Positions 56,013 through 64,000 of a DNA stretch of 64,000 nt are shown in pieces. Source of the stretch: Planctomycetota bacterium. GTDB taxonomy: Bacteria; Planctomycetota; JAJSAM01; JAJVHW01. The stretch covers positions 736,001 to 800,000 of the forward strand of contig CBDFJG010000002.1 of assembly GCA_965248445.1 (NCBI GenBank). Direction: 5' to 3'. A program made the translations under genes and the position numbers. The notes beneath the pieces were generated by a model. The model had not been told where the DNA came from and did no database searches. It saw nothing but the letters and a program-made list of their open reading frames with translations. Within the stretch, counting starts at the first letter, position 1. Each line of letters opens with the position of its first letter.

Positions 56013-58046
56013 ATGGTCAAGGAGATCTCGAACCTCTCACCGGAGGCGTTCCTGCGGGGCCTCAAGGGCCTCATGCAGGAGAACGGCGAGTTCGTCGAGG
56101 CGTACAAGCAGGACCCGACCGTGTTCGCGGGTGTGCGCGCGATCCAGCGCAACATCGCGGCGCTCGAGGTCGTCGCGTACGACAGCCCGGACCCGCGAAC
56201 GCGTAAGCCAGCGACCGGCCCCGCGGCAGACGCGCTGAACCGTCTGCTTCGCAAGCCGAACCCGTGGCTGAACGGTCGCGACTTCCGGAAGCTCGGAGTC
56301 GTCTACCAGGTGCTCGACGGCGAGAGCACGATGGTGCTGCGCACGGAGACACTCGATCCCGTCAGCGACGAGAGCGCACAGCCGCGTTGGATCTCGATCC
56401 ATCCGCGCCGCGAGGTTGAGTTCGACACGAACGGCCTCCGGCTGACGTGGCGCATCCAGGGCAAAGAGGTCCCGGACGAGGCTGTCATCCAAGTCAAGGA
56501 CCCCGACCCCTGGAACTCTCGCCGAGGCATGGGGGTCAGCGGCCCGCTGCACCTGACGTCCAAGATCTCGTGGAACGCGCGCAGCTACCTCTCTGCGTTC
56601 TTCGAGAACGGCGCCGATCCCGGCGGCTTCATCACCTCTCCGATGCCGCTCACCAACCGCCAGGTGACGGACTACATCAAGCAGTGGGAGCAGCGCCACG
56701 GCGGCGCGCGGAAGGCGAAGAAGGTCGGGATCCTGCACGGCGGCGCGGACTACAAGACCATCCAGCAGAACCATGGCGACATGCGCCTGCTGGAGCTGCT
56801 CAAGCACATGCGGCTCGACGCGCTCATGGTGATCGGGGTCCCCGAGAGCGAGCTCGGGATGATCAAGGACGCCACGTACAGCAACGGGGTCAGCGCGAAC
56901 GCCGGCTTCTGGATCCAGACCCTCCTCCCGCTCGCGCTCGAGGACGAAGAGGCGTACAACGACCCAACCGTCGGACTCGGCCGGCGGTTCGGCGGGATCT
57001 ACGTCGGGTACGACCTGACGCGGGTCAAGCAGATCCTGCAGCAGATCGAGCGGAAGACGGACGCCTACACGAAGCTCGTGCAGTACGCGGTCCCGCCCGA
57101 CACCGCGGCGTGGCTGCTCGGACTCGAGATCCCCGAGATCAAGCACGGCAAGACGCCTTTCATCCAGACGAACCTCACGACCGTCGAGGCCGTCGTCAAG
57201 GGCGCCACGGCGCCACAGGTCAGCGGCGGCGACGACGAGGAGCCAGAGGACGAGGGCGGAGACGATCCACCCGACGACGAGGACGAGGAGCGCTCACTCG
57301 GCCAGCGCCGCCGGCGGGCCCTTCGTGCACGTGAGCGCGTTGACGTGCTGTGCGCCGTCGCCGAACGGAAGTCGAGCCGCGTAGTGAAGTCCCTGATCGT
57401 CGCCATGCGCAAGGAGCAGCTCGAGCTGCTCGACGTCTTGGACGACATCGAGCGCGCGTACAGCAAGGACGCCGCGAAGGCGGCCGTCGTGCGCGGCGAC
57501 TCGTTCGTCGACACGTTCCTGGACGCAATCGACGAGGTGTTCGAGTTCGCGATCGAGGAGGCCGCGGAGACCGTCGAACTGGAGATCGGCCGCAGCCTGT
57601 CGGTGTACGACATCCAGCACCCGCAGATCACGAGCTACGTCGACACCCTCCGGACGCAGGTCCGGGACATCCCGGACTCGATCCAGAAGGCGCTCAGCGA
57701 GACGCTCGGCGAGGGCATCGAGGCCAACGAGACCGTGCCGGATCTCAAGCTCCGCGTGAAGGCCACGATGAACGCCCAGACCAAGCGCGCGGAGTCGATC
57801 GCGCAGACCACGTCAGGCGAGGCCGTCAACGGCGGGCGCTACGAGGTCATGTCGATCGAGGGCGTGGCGAAGCACGAATGGTCCTCGTTCATCGACGACG
57901 CGACACGCCAGAGCCACATCGAGCTGGACGGCGAGGTGGTCGAGATCGGCAAGCCGTTCAGCAACGGGCTGCGCTTCCCGCTCGACCCGCAGGGGCCGGC
58001 CGACGAGGTCGTCCGATGCCGGTGTGTCGCCCTGGCGGTCGACTGA
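56013..58046 (+). CDS. HK97-type portal protein fused to a MuF/SPP1 gp7-like minor head domain
   Basis: LLRKPNPWLNG, FFENGADPGG, GVPESELG..ATYSN (portal); acidic linker; RAESIAQT..KHEWSS..DDATRQSH..LDG..FPLDP..VVRCRC (MuF). Confidence 0.85.
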   Translation: MVKEISNLSPEAFLRGLKGLMQENGEFVEAYKQDPTVFAGVRAIQRNIAALEVVAYDSPDPRTRKPATGPAADALNRLLRKPNPWLNGRDFRKLGVVYQVLDGESTMVLRTETLDPVSDESAQPRWISIHPRREVEFDTNGLRLTWRIQGKEVPDEAVIQVKDPDPWNSRRGMGVSGPLHLTSKISWNARSYLSAFFENGADPGGFITSPMPLTNRQVTDYIKQWEQRHGGARKAKKVGILHGGADYKTIQQNHGDMRLLELLKHMRLDALMVIGVPESELGMIKDATYSNGVSANAGFWIQTLLPLALEDEEAYNDPTVGLGRRFGGIYVGYDLTRVKQILQQIERKTDAYTKLVQYAVPPDTAAWLLGLEIPEIKHGKTPFIQTNLTTVEAVVKGATAPQVSGGDDEEPEDEGGDDPPDDEDEERSLGQRRRRALRARERVDVLCAVAERKSSRVVKSLIVAMRKEQLELLDVLDDIERAYSKDAAKAAVVRGDSFVDTFLDAIDEVFEFAIEEAAETVELEIGRSLSVYDIQHPQITSYVDTLRTQVRDIPDSIQKALSETLGEGIEANETVPDLKLRVKATMNAQTKRAESIAQTTSGEAVNGGRYEVMSIEGVAKHEWSSFIDDATRQSHIELDGEVVEIGKPFSNGLRFPLDPQGPADEVVRCRCVALAVD

Positions 58047-58099
58047 CCCCGGTCCGCTTGCAGGCTCCCTGATGTCGTTCTGAGCCGGGCCCCGGTCGT

Positions 58100-58990
58100 G
58101 TGCTGATGCGCATGACCACCACAGCCGCCCTCCCCGCCGACCTCGACTTCAGCAAGGAGCAGGAGCTCATCCTGCCGGTCCGGGCACACGTGCGCATGCC
58201 GAAGGGCGCGGACCCCAACGAGCCCGTGATCACGATCGTCGGGAACGCCGAGACCGCGGACAGCTTCGACACCGCGTTCGTGCAGAAGGGCATGGACGCC
58301 CGCCGGTTCCGGGAGAACCCGGTCTTCCTGCGCCAGCACGAGTCCTGGGAGCTGCCCCTCGGCATCGCCGAGAAGTGGTGGGTCGAGACGATCAAGGTGC
58401 GCATGCGCGGGCAGCGGAAGCGTGTCGACCGACCGGCGACGCTGTTCCAGATCCGCTTCGACGTCGCGGACGATCCCGAGGACGACGACGAGGACCAGAA
58501 GCTCGCGCGCCGCTACCTCGAGCGCTACCGGCGCAGCATGCTGCGCGGCGCCTCGATCCGCTTCTCGATCCCGCCGGGTGGCGCGGAGTTCGCGGACAAG
58601 CTGAGCGACGAGGAGCGCGAGTACTACGGGCTGAGCGAGTTCGGCGTGCTCTTCCGGAAGTGGGAGCTGATCGAGCTCTCGGCCGTCACGCTCCCGAGCA
58701 ACGAGCACTCCCTTCTCGTGCGGTCCGCGCGCGGCGGGAGCCCTTGCACGCCCGCCGAGTTCCAGCGCATGCGGACGGAACTCGATGCTCTGCGCCACGA
58801 AGTGACGGAGCTTCGGTCCCTCGCGAGAGATGACCCGGAGTCCAGCGCGGGAGAGTCGCCGGAGAGCGCCCCCGCAGAGGGCCCCGACCCCGCGAGTGCG
58901 AGCCGGTCCGATCCGGGGGCGTCCCCGGCGGGCCCGTCTGACACGGCACTCGAGCGGTTCGCGCGTCTCTCCCGCCCCCGCGGCAGTTGA
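58100..58990 (+). CDS. HK97-family prohead protease
   Basis: FRENPVFLRQH, LPLG, LRGASIRF, WELIELSAVTLPSN. Confidence 0.8.
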   Translation: MLMRMTTTAALPADLDFSKEQELILPVRAHVRMPKGADPNEPVITIVGNAETADSFDTAFVQKGMDARRFRENPVFLRQHESWELPLGIAEKWWVETIKVRMRGQRKRVDRPATLFQIRFDVADDPEDDDEDQKLARRYLERYRRSMLRGASIRFSIPPGGAEFADKLSDEEREYYGLSEFGVLFRKWELIELSAVTLPSNEHSLLVRSARGGSPCTPAEFQRMRTELDALRHEVTELRSLARDDPESSAGESPESAPAEGPDPASASRSDPGASPAGPSDTALERFARLSRPRGS

Positions 58991-59027
58991 CCCGCAGAGC
59001 ACTCGACAGCACTCAACGAGGTCACCC

Positions 59028-60395
59028 ATGAGTCAGACCGCCACCCCCGAAAGCACGGGGAACCCGGCGCTCGACCAGGCACTCGAGAACCTGCGCACCG
59101 TCACCGAGGAGCACGCGACGCTCGCCAACGAGCTGCGCGAGCTGCGCGACGCCGGCGGGGCGCACGACAAGCGTTTGAAGTCCCTCGAGGACAACCTGCG
59201 CAAGCTCGAAGACGTCGAGCAGCGCCTGGAGCGCATCGCGGACAAGGTCGCGCGGGCCGACGCGCCCGTCAACATGACGGAGAAGAACAAGAAGGACTTC
59301 GCGATCGGCAAGGTCGCGCAGGCCCTCTTCCGCGACTTCCACAACGAGCGCGAGCCCTGGCGTGACGCCGAGCTCGAGCGCGAGGTCGTCGAGGAGGCGC
59401 ACCGGAAGGTCCAGGATCAGGTCCGGCAGATCCCGGTGTCCGAGCGCACGCACGGAACAGTCATCGAGGAGAAGGCGGGAATGCTCGTCCCCTCGATGGC
59501 GATCCCGGACTTCACCGAACTGCTCCGCGCGCAGCTCGTCCTGCCGACGCTCGGCGCGCGCGTCGTGAACGACCTGGTCGGACACCGCGTGCAGATCCCC
59601 GGCCTGAACACCGGGGTCGTGAGCGCGTGGTACGGCGAGTCGGTCGCGATCGCGGAGAGCGAGGCGACCTTCAAGGCCCGCTACCTCGAACCGCATCGCA
59701 TCGGGACGCACGTCCGGCTGGCCAACAACCTGCTGCGCTGGTCGCCGATGGCCGTCCAGGACATCCTCGAGACGGACATGGTCGAGTCCATGGCCGTCAA
59801 GATGGAGAACGGCTTCCTGTTCGGCACCGAGGTCGGCGAGGAGCCGCTCGGCCTGGTCAACGACCCGGACGTGACGCAGATCACGATCGGGCCGGACGGC
59901 AACACGGGCGGGCGCTTCAGCATCCGGACCGTGCCGGACCTCGAGTACGAGCTCGAGAGCCGCAACCACCGCATCGGCGACGACGCGGGCTTCCTGTTCG
60001 GGCCCGGCCCGAAGCGCCTCCTGAAGAAGGAAGGCGTCGAGCAGTTCAGCGCGCAGGGCGTGGACGCCGGCCAGCCGTACGTGGTGCCGGGCATCTCGGA
60101 TCAGGCCCTGGGCAACCTGCTCGGTTACCGGTTCGCCAGCACCAGTGCGGTGCCGACGGACCTGACCAAGGGCAGCGCCACCGGCCTGACCTACGTGATC
60201 TTCGCCCTGTGGCGGCAGCTGATGATCGGCCACTGGGGCGGCCTGCGCATGCGGGCCAGCAACCAGGCGTCGTTCGGAAGCAACTCCGCCTTCCTGCAGG
60301 ACGAGACCTGGATCGTGGCCGAGCGCACGGTCGACGCACTCCTGCGTCGGCCCGACGCGGCCGTCGTCGTCACGGACGCGCTGAACAGCGTCTAG
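59028..60395 (+). CDS. HK97-fold major capsid protein with N-terminal coiled-coil scaffold
   Basis: Coiled-coil N-terminus; GMLVP..ELLRAQLVLPTLGA, AWYGES..IAESEATF, FLFGT..EPLGL, AFLQD..IVAERTVD..RRPDA. Confidence 0.88.
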   Translation: MSQTATPESTGNPALDQALENLRTVTEEHATLANELRELRDAGGAHDKRLKSLEDNLRKLEDVEQRLERIADKVARADAPVNMTEKNKKDFAIGKVAQALFRDFHNEREPWRDAELEREVVEEAHRKVQDQVRQIPVSERTHGTVIEEKAGMLVPSMAIPDFTELLRAQLVLPTLGARVVNDLVGHRVQIPGLNTGVVSAWYGESVAIAESEATFKARYLEPHRIGTHVRLANNLLRWSPMAVQDILETDMVESMAVKMENGFLFGTEVGEEPLGLVNDPDVTQITIGPDGNTGGRFSIRTVPDLEYELESRNHRIGDDAGFLFGPGPKRLLKKEGVEQFSAQGVDAGQPYVVPGISDQALGNLLGYRFASTSAVPTDLTKGSATGLTYVIFALWRQLMIGHWGGLRMRASNQASFGSNSAFLQDETWIVAERTVDALLRRPDAAVVVTDALNSV

Positions 60396-60411
60396 TGATC
60401 CTGACTCTCAG

Positions 60412-60436
60412 GGGGCCGGCTGTGTAGGCCGGCCCC
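60412..60436 (+). terminator. GC-rich hairpin after the capsid gene
   Basis: GGGGCCGGC...GCCGGCCCC, no U-tract. Confidence 0.4.
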
Positions 60437-60466
60437 ACCACCCCAACACGCGAAAGAGAGAACCAG

Positions 60467-60883
60467 ATGCCCAGCATGCAGCCCAGCTTCCACGGGAAGC
60501 CGCTCCTCGGGCTCCGTCCGGACGCCTACGGCACCGGCACGCACGACGCCACGATCGACACGCGTGGGTACAAGTGGATGCGCATCGCGAGCCTGGTCGG
60601 CGACATCGCCTCGGGCGGCACCCTCACGGTGTCCGTGCTCGAGGGCGACGCGTCGGATGGCTCGGACGCCGTCGCCATCACCGGCGCGGCGTTCACCGCA
60701 CTCACGCCCGCGGGTGACCGCGTGGTGAACCACGGCGAGCTCTACCTCGCTCCGCGGAAGAGGTACGTCACCGTCCGCGCCGTCCTCGCGGGGGCGGGTG
60801 GCGACATCGCGGTGCCGGTCGACCTGTGCGCGGCTCGCGAGGAGCCGGCCACGTCCGACGTGGCCTTCTCGGTCCTGGTCTAG
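60467..60883 (+). CDS. Phage structural protein (possible capsid decoration protein)
   Basis: Beta-rich 138 aa (IDTRGY..LTVSVLEGDASDGSDA..KRYVTV) directly after the capsid gene. Confidence 0.6.
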   Translation: MPSMQPSFHGKPLLGLRPDAYGTGTHDATIDTRGYKWMRIASLVGDIASGGTLTVSVLEGDASDGSDAVAITGAAFTALTPAGDRVVNHGELYLAPRKRYVTVRAVLAGAGGDIAVPVDLCAAREEPATSDVAFSVLV

Positions 60884-60952
60884 GACGAGACCCCGACGAC
60901 ATGACCCGCGGCGGGGTCCACACCGGGCCCCGCCGCTTCGCCAGGAGGCGCG

Positions 60953-61542
60953 ATGTCCGTCCACTTCACAACCGTCGACCTGGTTCGAGCGGCTCTCGCG
61001 CCGCAGACGCCGACGCACGCCTCCAGGCGCTGATCACGCGCGTGACAGGAGCCTTCGAGCGCGAACTCGACCGCTACGTCGAGGCCAAGGCCCGGACCGA
61101 GCAGCGCGACGTCGCGTCCGGCCAGCGTCACTTCTCGCTGCCGGGCTACCCGGTGAGCGCGCTCGCGTCGGTGAAGTTCGACCACACGCGCGCCTTCTCA
61201 GGCAGTGAGACCACACTCGCCGCCGATCGCTACTACATCCCGCTGAACCAGCGCGACGAGCACCTGCTGTTCATCGAGGACGTGCTCTACACGGGCCGCG
61301 GGGTCCTACAGGTCACGTGGACGGGCGGGATGGGCGTCGACACCGACAGCGTCATCGCCGCGTACCCAGAGCTGTCCGACGCCGCGACGCTCGAGGTCGC
61401 CAATCTCTGGCAACGGCGGGACACACTGAGTCAGGTCGCCCACGCCAGTGGTGCTGACAACATCACGTACGCTCCCCTCAAGCTCCTGCCGGAGACGATG
61501 CGCCGCCTGCACCTGCGGAAGCGGGTGGCCTATGCAGCTTGA
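60953..61542 (+). CDS. Head-tail connector (gp6-like) with an apparent 1-nt frameshift near 60995-61000
   Basis: AGGAGG plus ATG 60953 gives MSVHFTTVDLVRAAL; the -1 frame continues ADADARLQALITRV..LPGYPV..VTWTGG..PELSDAA. Confidence 0.65.
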
Positions 61543-61933
61543 GGTCCGCCGCGTCTCGGGGAACGTGATCGACCTCGCGCTGCGCGCGGAGCGTCGTCGT
61601 CCGGGCGTTCTGCGACGAGGCCTGCGGAAGTTCGGGAACCGCTTCAAGCGCCGCGCCGCGAAGGAGTACTTCACGGGCGCCGGCGGGCTGCGTCGCGTGA
61701 CGGGGTCGGCCGCCCGAGGGTGGCACCACCTGATCACCGGCCGCGGACTGAACCTGACGCTCCACGTCTGGAACAACGTCCCATACGTCCGCTTCCACGT
61801 GGACGACTACGAGCCCCTGGGCAGCCCTCGTCGACACGAAGCGGTGGTGAAGACCGGCGACCTCTGGGAGGAGATGCTGGACGGCGAGGCCCTGCTCGAC
61901 GCGTTCGACGACGCGATCCGAGGGAGGCGCTGA
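61532..61933 (+). CDS. Phage neck/tail-completion-like basic protein
   Basis: LRRVTGSAARGW..NNVPYVRFH; position after the connector. Confidence 0.5.
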   Translation: MQLEVRRVSGNVIDLALRAERRRPGVLRRGLRKFGNRFKRRAAKEYFTGAGGLRRVTGSAARGWHHLITGRGLNLTLHVWNNVPYVRFHVDDYEPLGSPRRHEAVVKTGDLWEEMLDGEALLDAFDDAIRGRR

Positions 61934-62265
61934 TGCCGAACCTCGACGACATCGTCTGGGAGCGGTTCGAGGAGTTGCGTGACCTGGACCTGCGGGAGAA
62001 CGAAGGCAACGAGTTCCAGGCTCGCGAGATCCTGCGGGAAGTGCCACTCCGGCGCTTCGTGCTCGCGAGCGCGAACATGACGCGCGCGGAGGTCACCGAC
62101 CTGCGCTCGATCATCTCGACGACGCGGCTGGCCGGCACCACACACGTCACGCCGGCCGGGGAGGGAACGCAGGTCGAGGTGGAGATCGAGCAGCAGCAGA
62201 TCGATCCGGACCGGACGCAGGGAGACACGTGGTCCGCGCGCCTGCAGGTCGCGGTGGTGCTCTAG
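61933..62265 (+). CDS. Phage hypothetical protein
   Basis: TGATG-coupled ORF MPNLDDIVWERFEE... Confidence 0.55.
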   Translation: MPNLDDIVWERFEELRDLDLRENEGNEFQAREILREVPLRRFVLASANMTRAEVTDLRSIISTTRLAGTTHVTPAGEGTQVEVEIEQQQIDPDRTQGDTWSARLQVAVVL

Positions 62266-62338
62266 CGCGGCGCGCGCTTGCACGTTGCCGGACGTCGCTG
62301 GGCCGGTGTGCGTCACATGAGGATCGCGCGCGCCCCTC

Positions 62339-63496
62339 ATGCACCTCTTCAACGTCCGCACTGAAACCTTCCAGCACGAGATCAGCGCAGACACGCTGTC
62401 GATCCGCCCGGCTCTTCCGGATCACGACGACCCGCGTCTGATCTGGGAACAGCGCGCCTCGCACTACGTCTCTGACTCGGCCTGGGCCCAGAAGGGGCGC
62501 ATGGTCATCGGCCTGATGCACCCGAACCAGGGCTACATCGACACGCTGCGAAGGCTGCCAGGAGTGCGCTACCTCGGATTCGAGAGCGACGCGCACACGC
62601 GAACAGTACGGGACGCCATGCGCGCCCACGCGCACGACTACGAGTCCCGCCGAAAGTGCGCGACATGCAACCAGGCGCGAGCCGACTGGCACACGATCGG
62701 CCGCAACAAGGTGGATGCCGAGAACTCTCGGCAGCGCAAGCAGGACGTGATCGTCCGGGCATCCTGGATCGCAACGTGGTGGGGATTGACGCTCGCCGCG
62801 CTGTTCGTTTCGCGCGAGCGAGGTGGCGACGTCGCCTACTGGCAGGACAAGCTGCCGGGCCTGTTCATGGCGGTCGCGTTCGCTGACACGTTCGCCGACA
62901 CGAACGGGACTCTCCTACAGAGCCACACGCCGACGGGCGGAGCGGGTGGTTCCCACAGCTGGATCAAGCGCGGCACGAGCGACGCGGACATCGCTGCGAA
63001 CCGAGTCAGCGGTAAGGGATCAAACGGTCGCTACTGCTCGGATGGAGCGCCGACAGGTGCCGACTACGAGGTCAACGTCGTCCGGTACTCCAACCGGTTC
63101 GGGGTGAGCGTTCGCCTGACGCAGACCGGGAACGTGAACGGCTATCACTGCTGGACAAGCTCGAGCAACAAGATGCAGGTCTGGCGCGTGGACAACGCGT
63201 CGTACACGCAGCTCGGCTCGACGGGATCCACCACCACCAGTGACGGCGACAAGATCGGGCTCGATGGCACCGGAAGCAACCTGACCGGACTCCTTAACGA
63301 CGTGGCCGAGGTCACCACGAGCGACAGCACCTACACGGCGAAGGAATGCGGCGGACTGCGTCCGAACGGGAACAACTTCGACGCGGACAACTGGCAACTC
63401 GAAGAGGTCGCTGCCGTCGGTGACCCCGAGGACGGCCTAGTGCGCGGAAAGCTGCTTCGCGGCGGTCTGCTGACGGGCGGAAGGATGGTCGGTTAG
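62339..63496 (+). CDS. Phage hypothetical protein, bipartite (N-half with CxxC; Gly/Ser/Thr-rich beta-sandwich C-half)
   Basis: 385-aa ORF with a sharp compositional change at MAVAFADTF. Confidence 0.55.
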   Translation: MHLFNVRTETFQHEISADTLSIRPALPDHDDPRLIWEQRASHYVSDSAWAQKGRMVIGLMHPNQGYIDTLRRLPGVRYLGFESDAHTRTVRDAMRAHAHDYESRRKCATCNQARADWHTIGRNKVDAENSRQRKQDVIVRASWIATWWGLTLAALFVSRERGGDVAYWQDKLPGLFMAVAFADTFADTNGTLLQSHTPTGGAGGSHSWIKRGTSDADIAANRVSGKGSNGRYCSDGAPTGADYEVNVVRYSNRFGVSVRLTQTGNVNGYHCWTSSSNKMQVWRVDNASYTQLGSTGSTTTSDGDKIGLDGTGSNLTGLLNDVAEVTTSDSTYTAKECGGLRPNGNNFDADNWQLEEVAAVGDPEDGLVRGKLLRGGLLTGGRMVG

Positions 63497-64000
63497 ATGC
63501 GCCAGAACCTGGGAACACGCCAGCCCGGCAGCACCGTCTATCTCTACTTCGACACGTTCGACGGCGGCGACGGCAGCAGCATCACGTTGACCGGCCTCGC
63601 GCTGGCTGACGTCATCGTGATCAAGGACGGCAGCGTCACTCAAAGGGCGAGCACGAGCGGGTTCTCGCTGCTCGACACGGATGGGATCGACTTCGATTCG
63701 CGCACCGGACTCCATGGCCTTTCGATCGACACGAGCGACGACACCACAGCCGACTTCTGGAAGGCGGGTAGCCACTACGCGGTCGCCGTCGATGACGTCA
63801 CGGTGGACGGCCAAACGGTCCGCTTCTGGTTGGCGGAGTTCCGGCTGGGCTACGAGGGCGCGATGCTGGACACGCACATCGCGACTCTGTCGAGCCAGAC
63901 GACCTTCACCCTCGCCGCAGGGCCGGCGGACGACGACGCTCTGAACGGGTGCCGGCTGATCGTTCACGACAAGGCCAGCGGGGTGCAGCTCGCGCTGGGC
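63497..64000 (+). CDS. Phage structural protein, partial (runs off the window)
   Basis: ATG directly after TAG; open frame MRQNLGTRQPGSTVYLYFDTFDGGDGSSITLTGLA... to the window end. Confidence 0.7.
   Translation, partial: MRQNLGTRQPGSTVYLYFDTFDGGDGSSITLTGLALADVIVIKDGSVTQRASTSGFSLLDTDGIDFDSRTGLHGLSIDTSDDTTADFWKAGSHYAVAVDDVTVDGQTVRFWLAEFRLGYEGAMLDTHIATLSSQTTFTLAAGPADDDALNGCRLIVHDKASGVQLALG

Larger units (their letters stand above)
51841..64000. mobile_element. Prophage or phage-like element (continues beyond the window)
   Basis: Recombinase plus TerL, portal, prohead protease, HK97-fold capsid and connector genes in canonical head-module order. Confidence 0.85.

Noticed and set aside
1..64000. 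CRISPR array, rRNA, or reverse-transcriptase/defence system
   Set aside because: No repeat-spacer array, rRNA-like segment, or cas/RT motifs were noticed by eye.

Overview
High-GC bacterial chromosomal window; the GroEL sequence, a sigma54-type groESL promoter and many secreted TPR/HEAT proteins suggest Planctomycetota (inference only). It has three parts. (1) 1-12.6 kb: housekeeping genes (tRNA-binding protein, recN, manA, nth, rluB-like, M16 peptidase, tRNA-Arg(CCG)). (2) About 11.3-47.3 kb: a ~36 kb surface-glycan island. It holds a legionaminic-acid-type pathway (legB/legC/legG/legI/ptmE-like) with two formyltransferases and no visible acetyltransferase, a second neuA/neuB/neuC set whose NeuB is short, an SpsF-oxidoreductase-class III aminotransferase trio, sulfo- and methyltransferases, an ABC exporter, GT-C-like membrane proteins, and an embedded 1209-aa HExxH surface protein with a HEAT-repeat partner. 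(3) 47.5-64 kb: groEL (1-nt 5' frameshift), groES and padR, then a single-ORF IS66 with no target-site duplication. Next to the IS is a compact phage-like element: tyrosine recombinase, terminase, a portal-MuF fusion, prohead protease, HK97-fold capsid, a frameshifted head-tail connector and uncharacterised structural genes running off the window. All functional calls come from motif recognition; no database searches were run.
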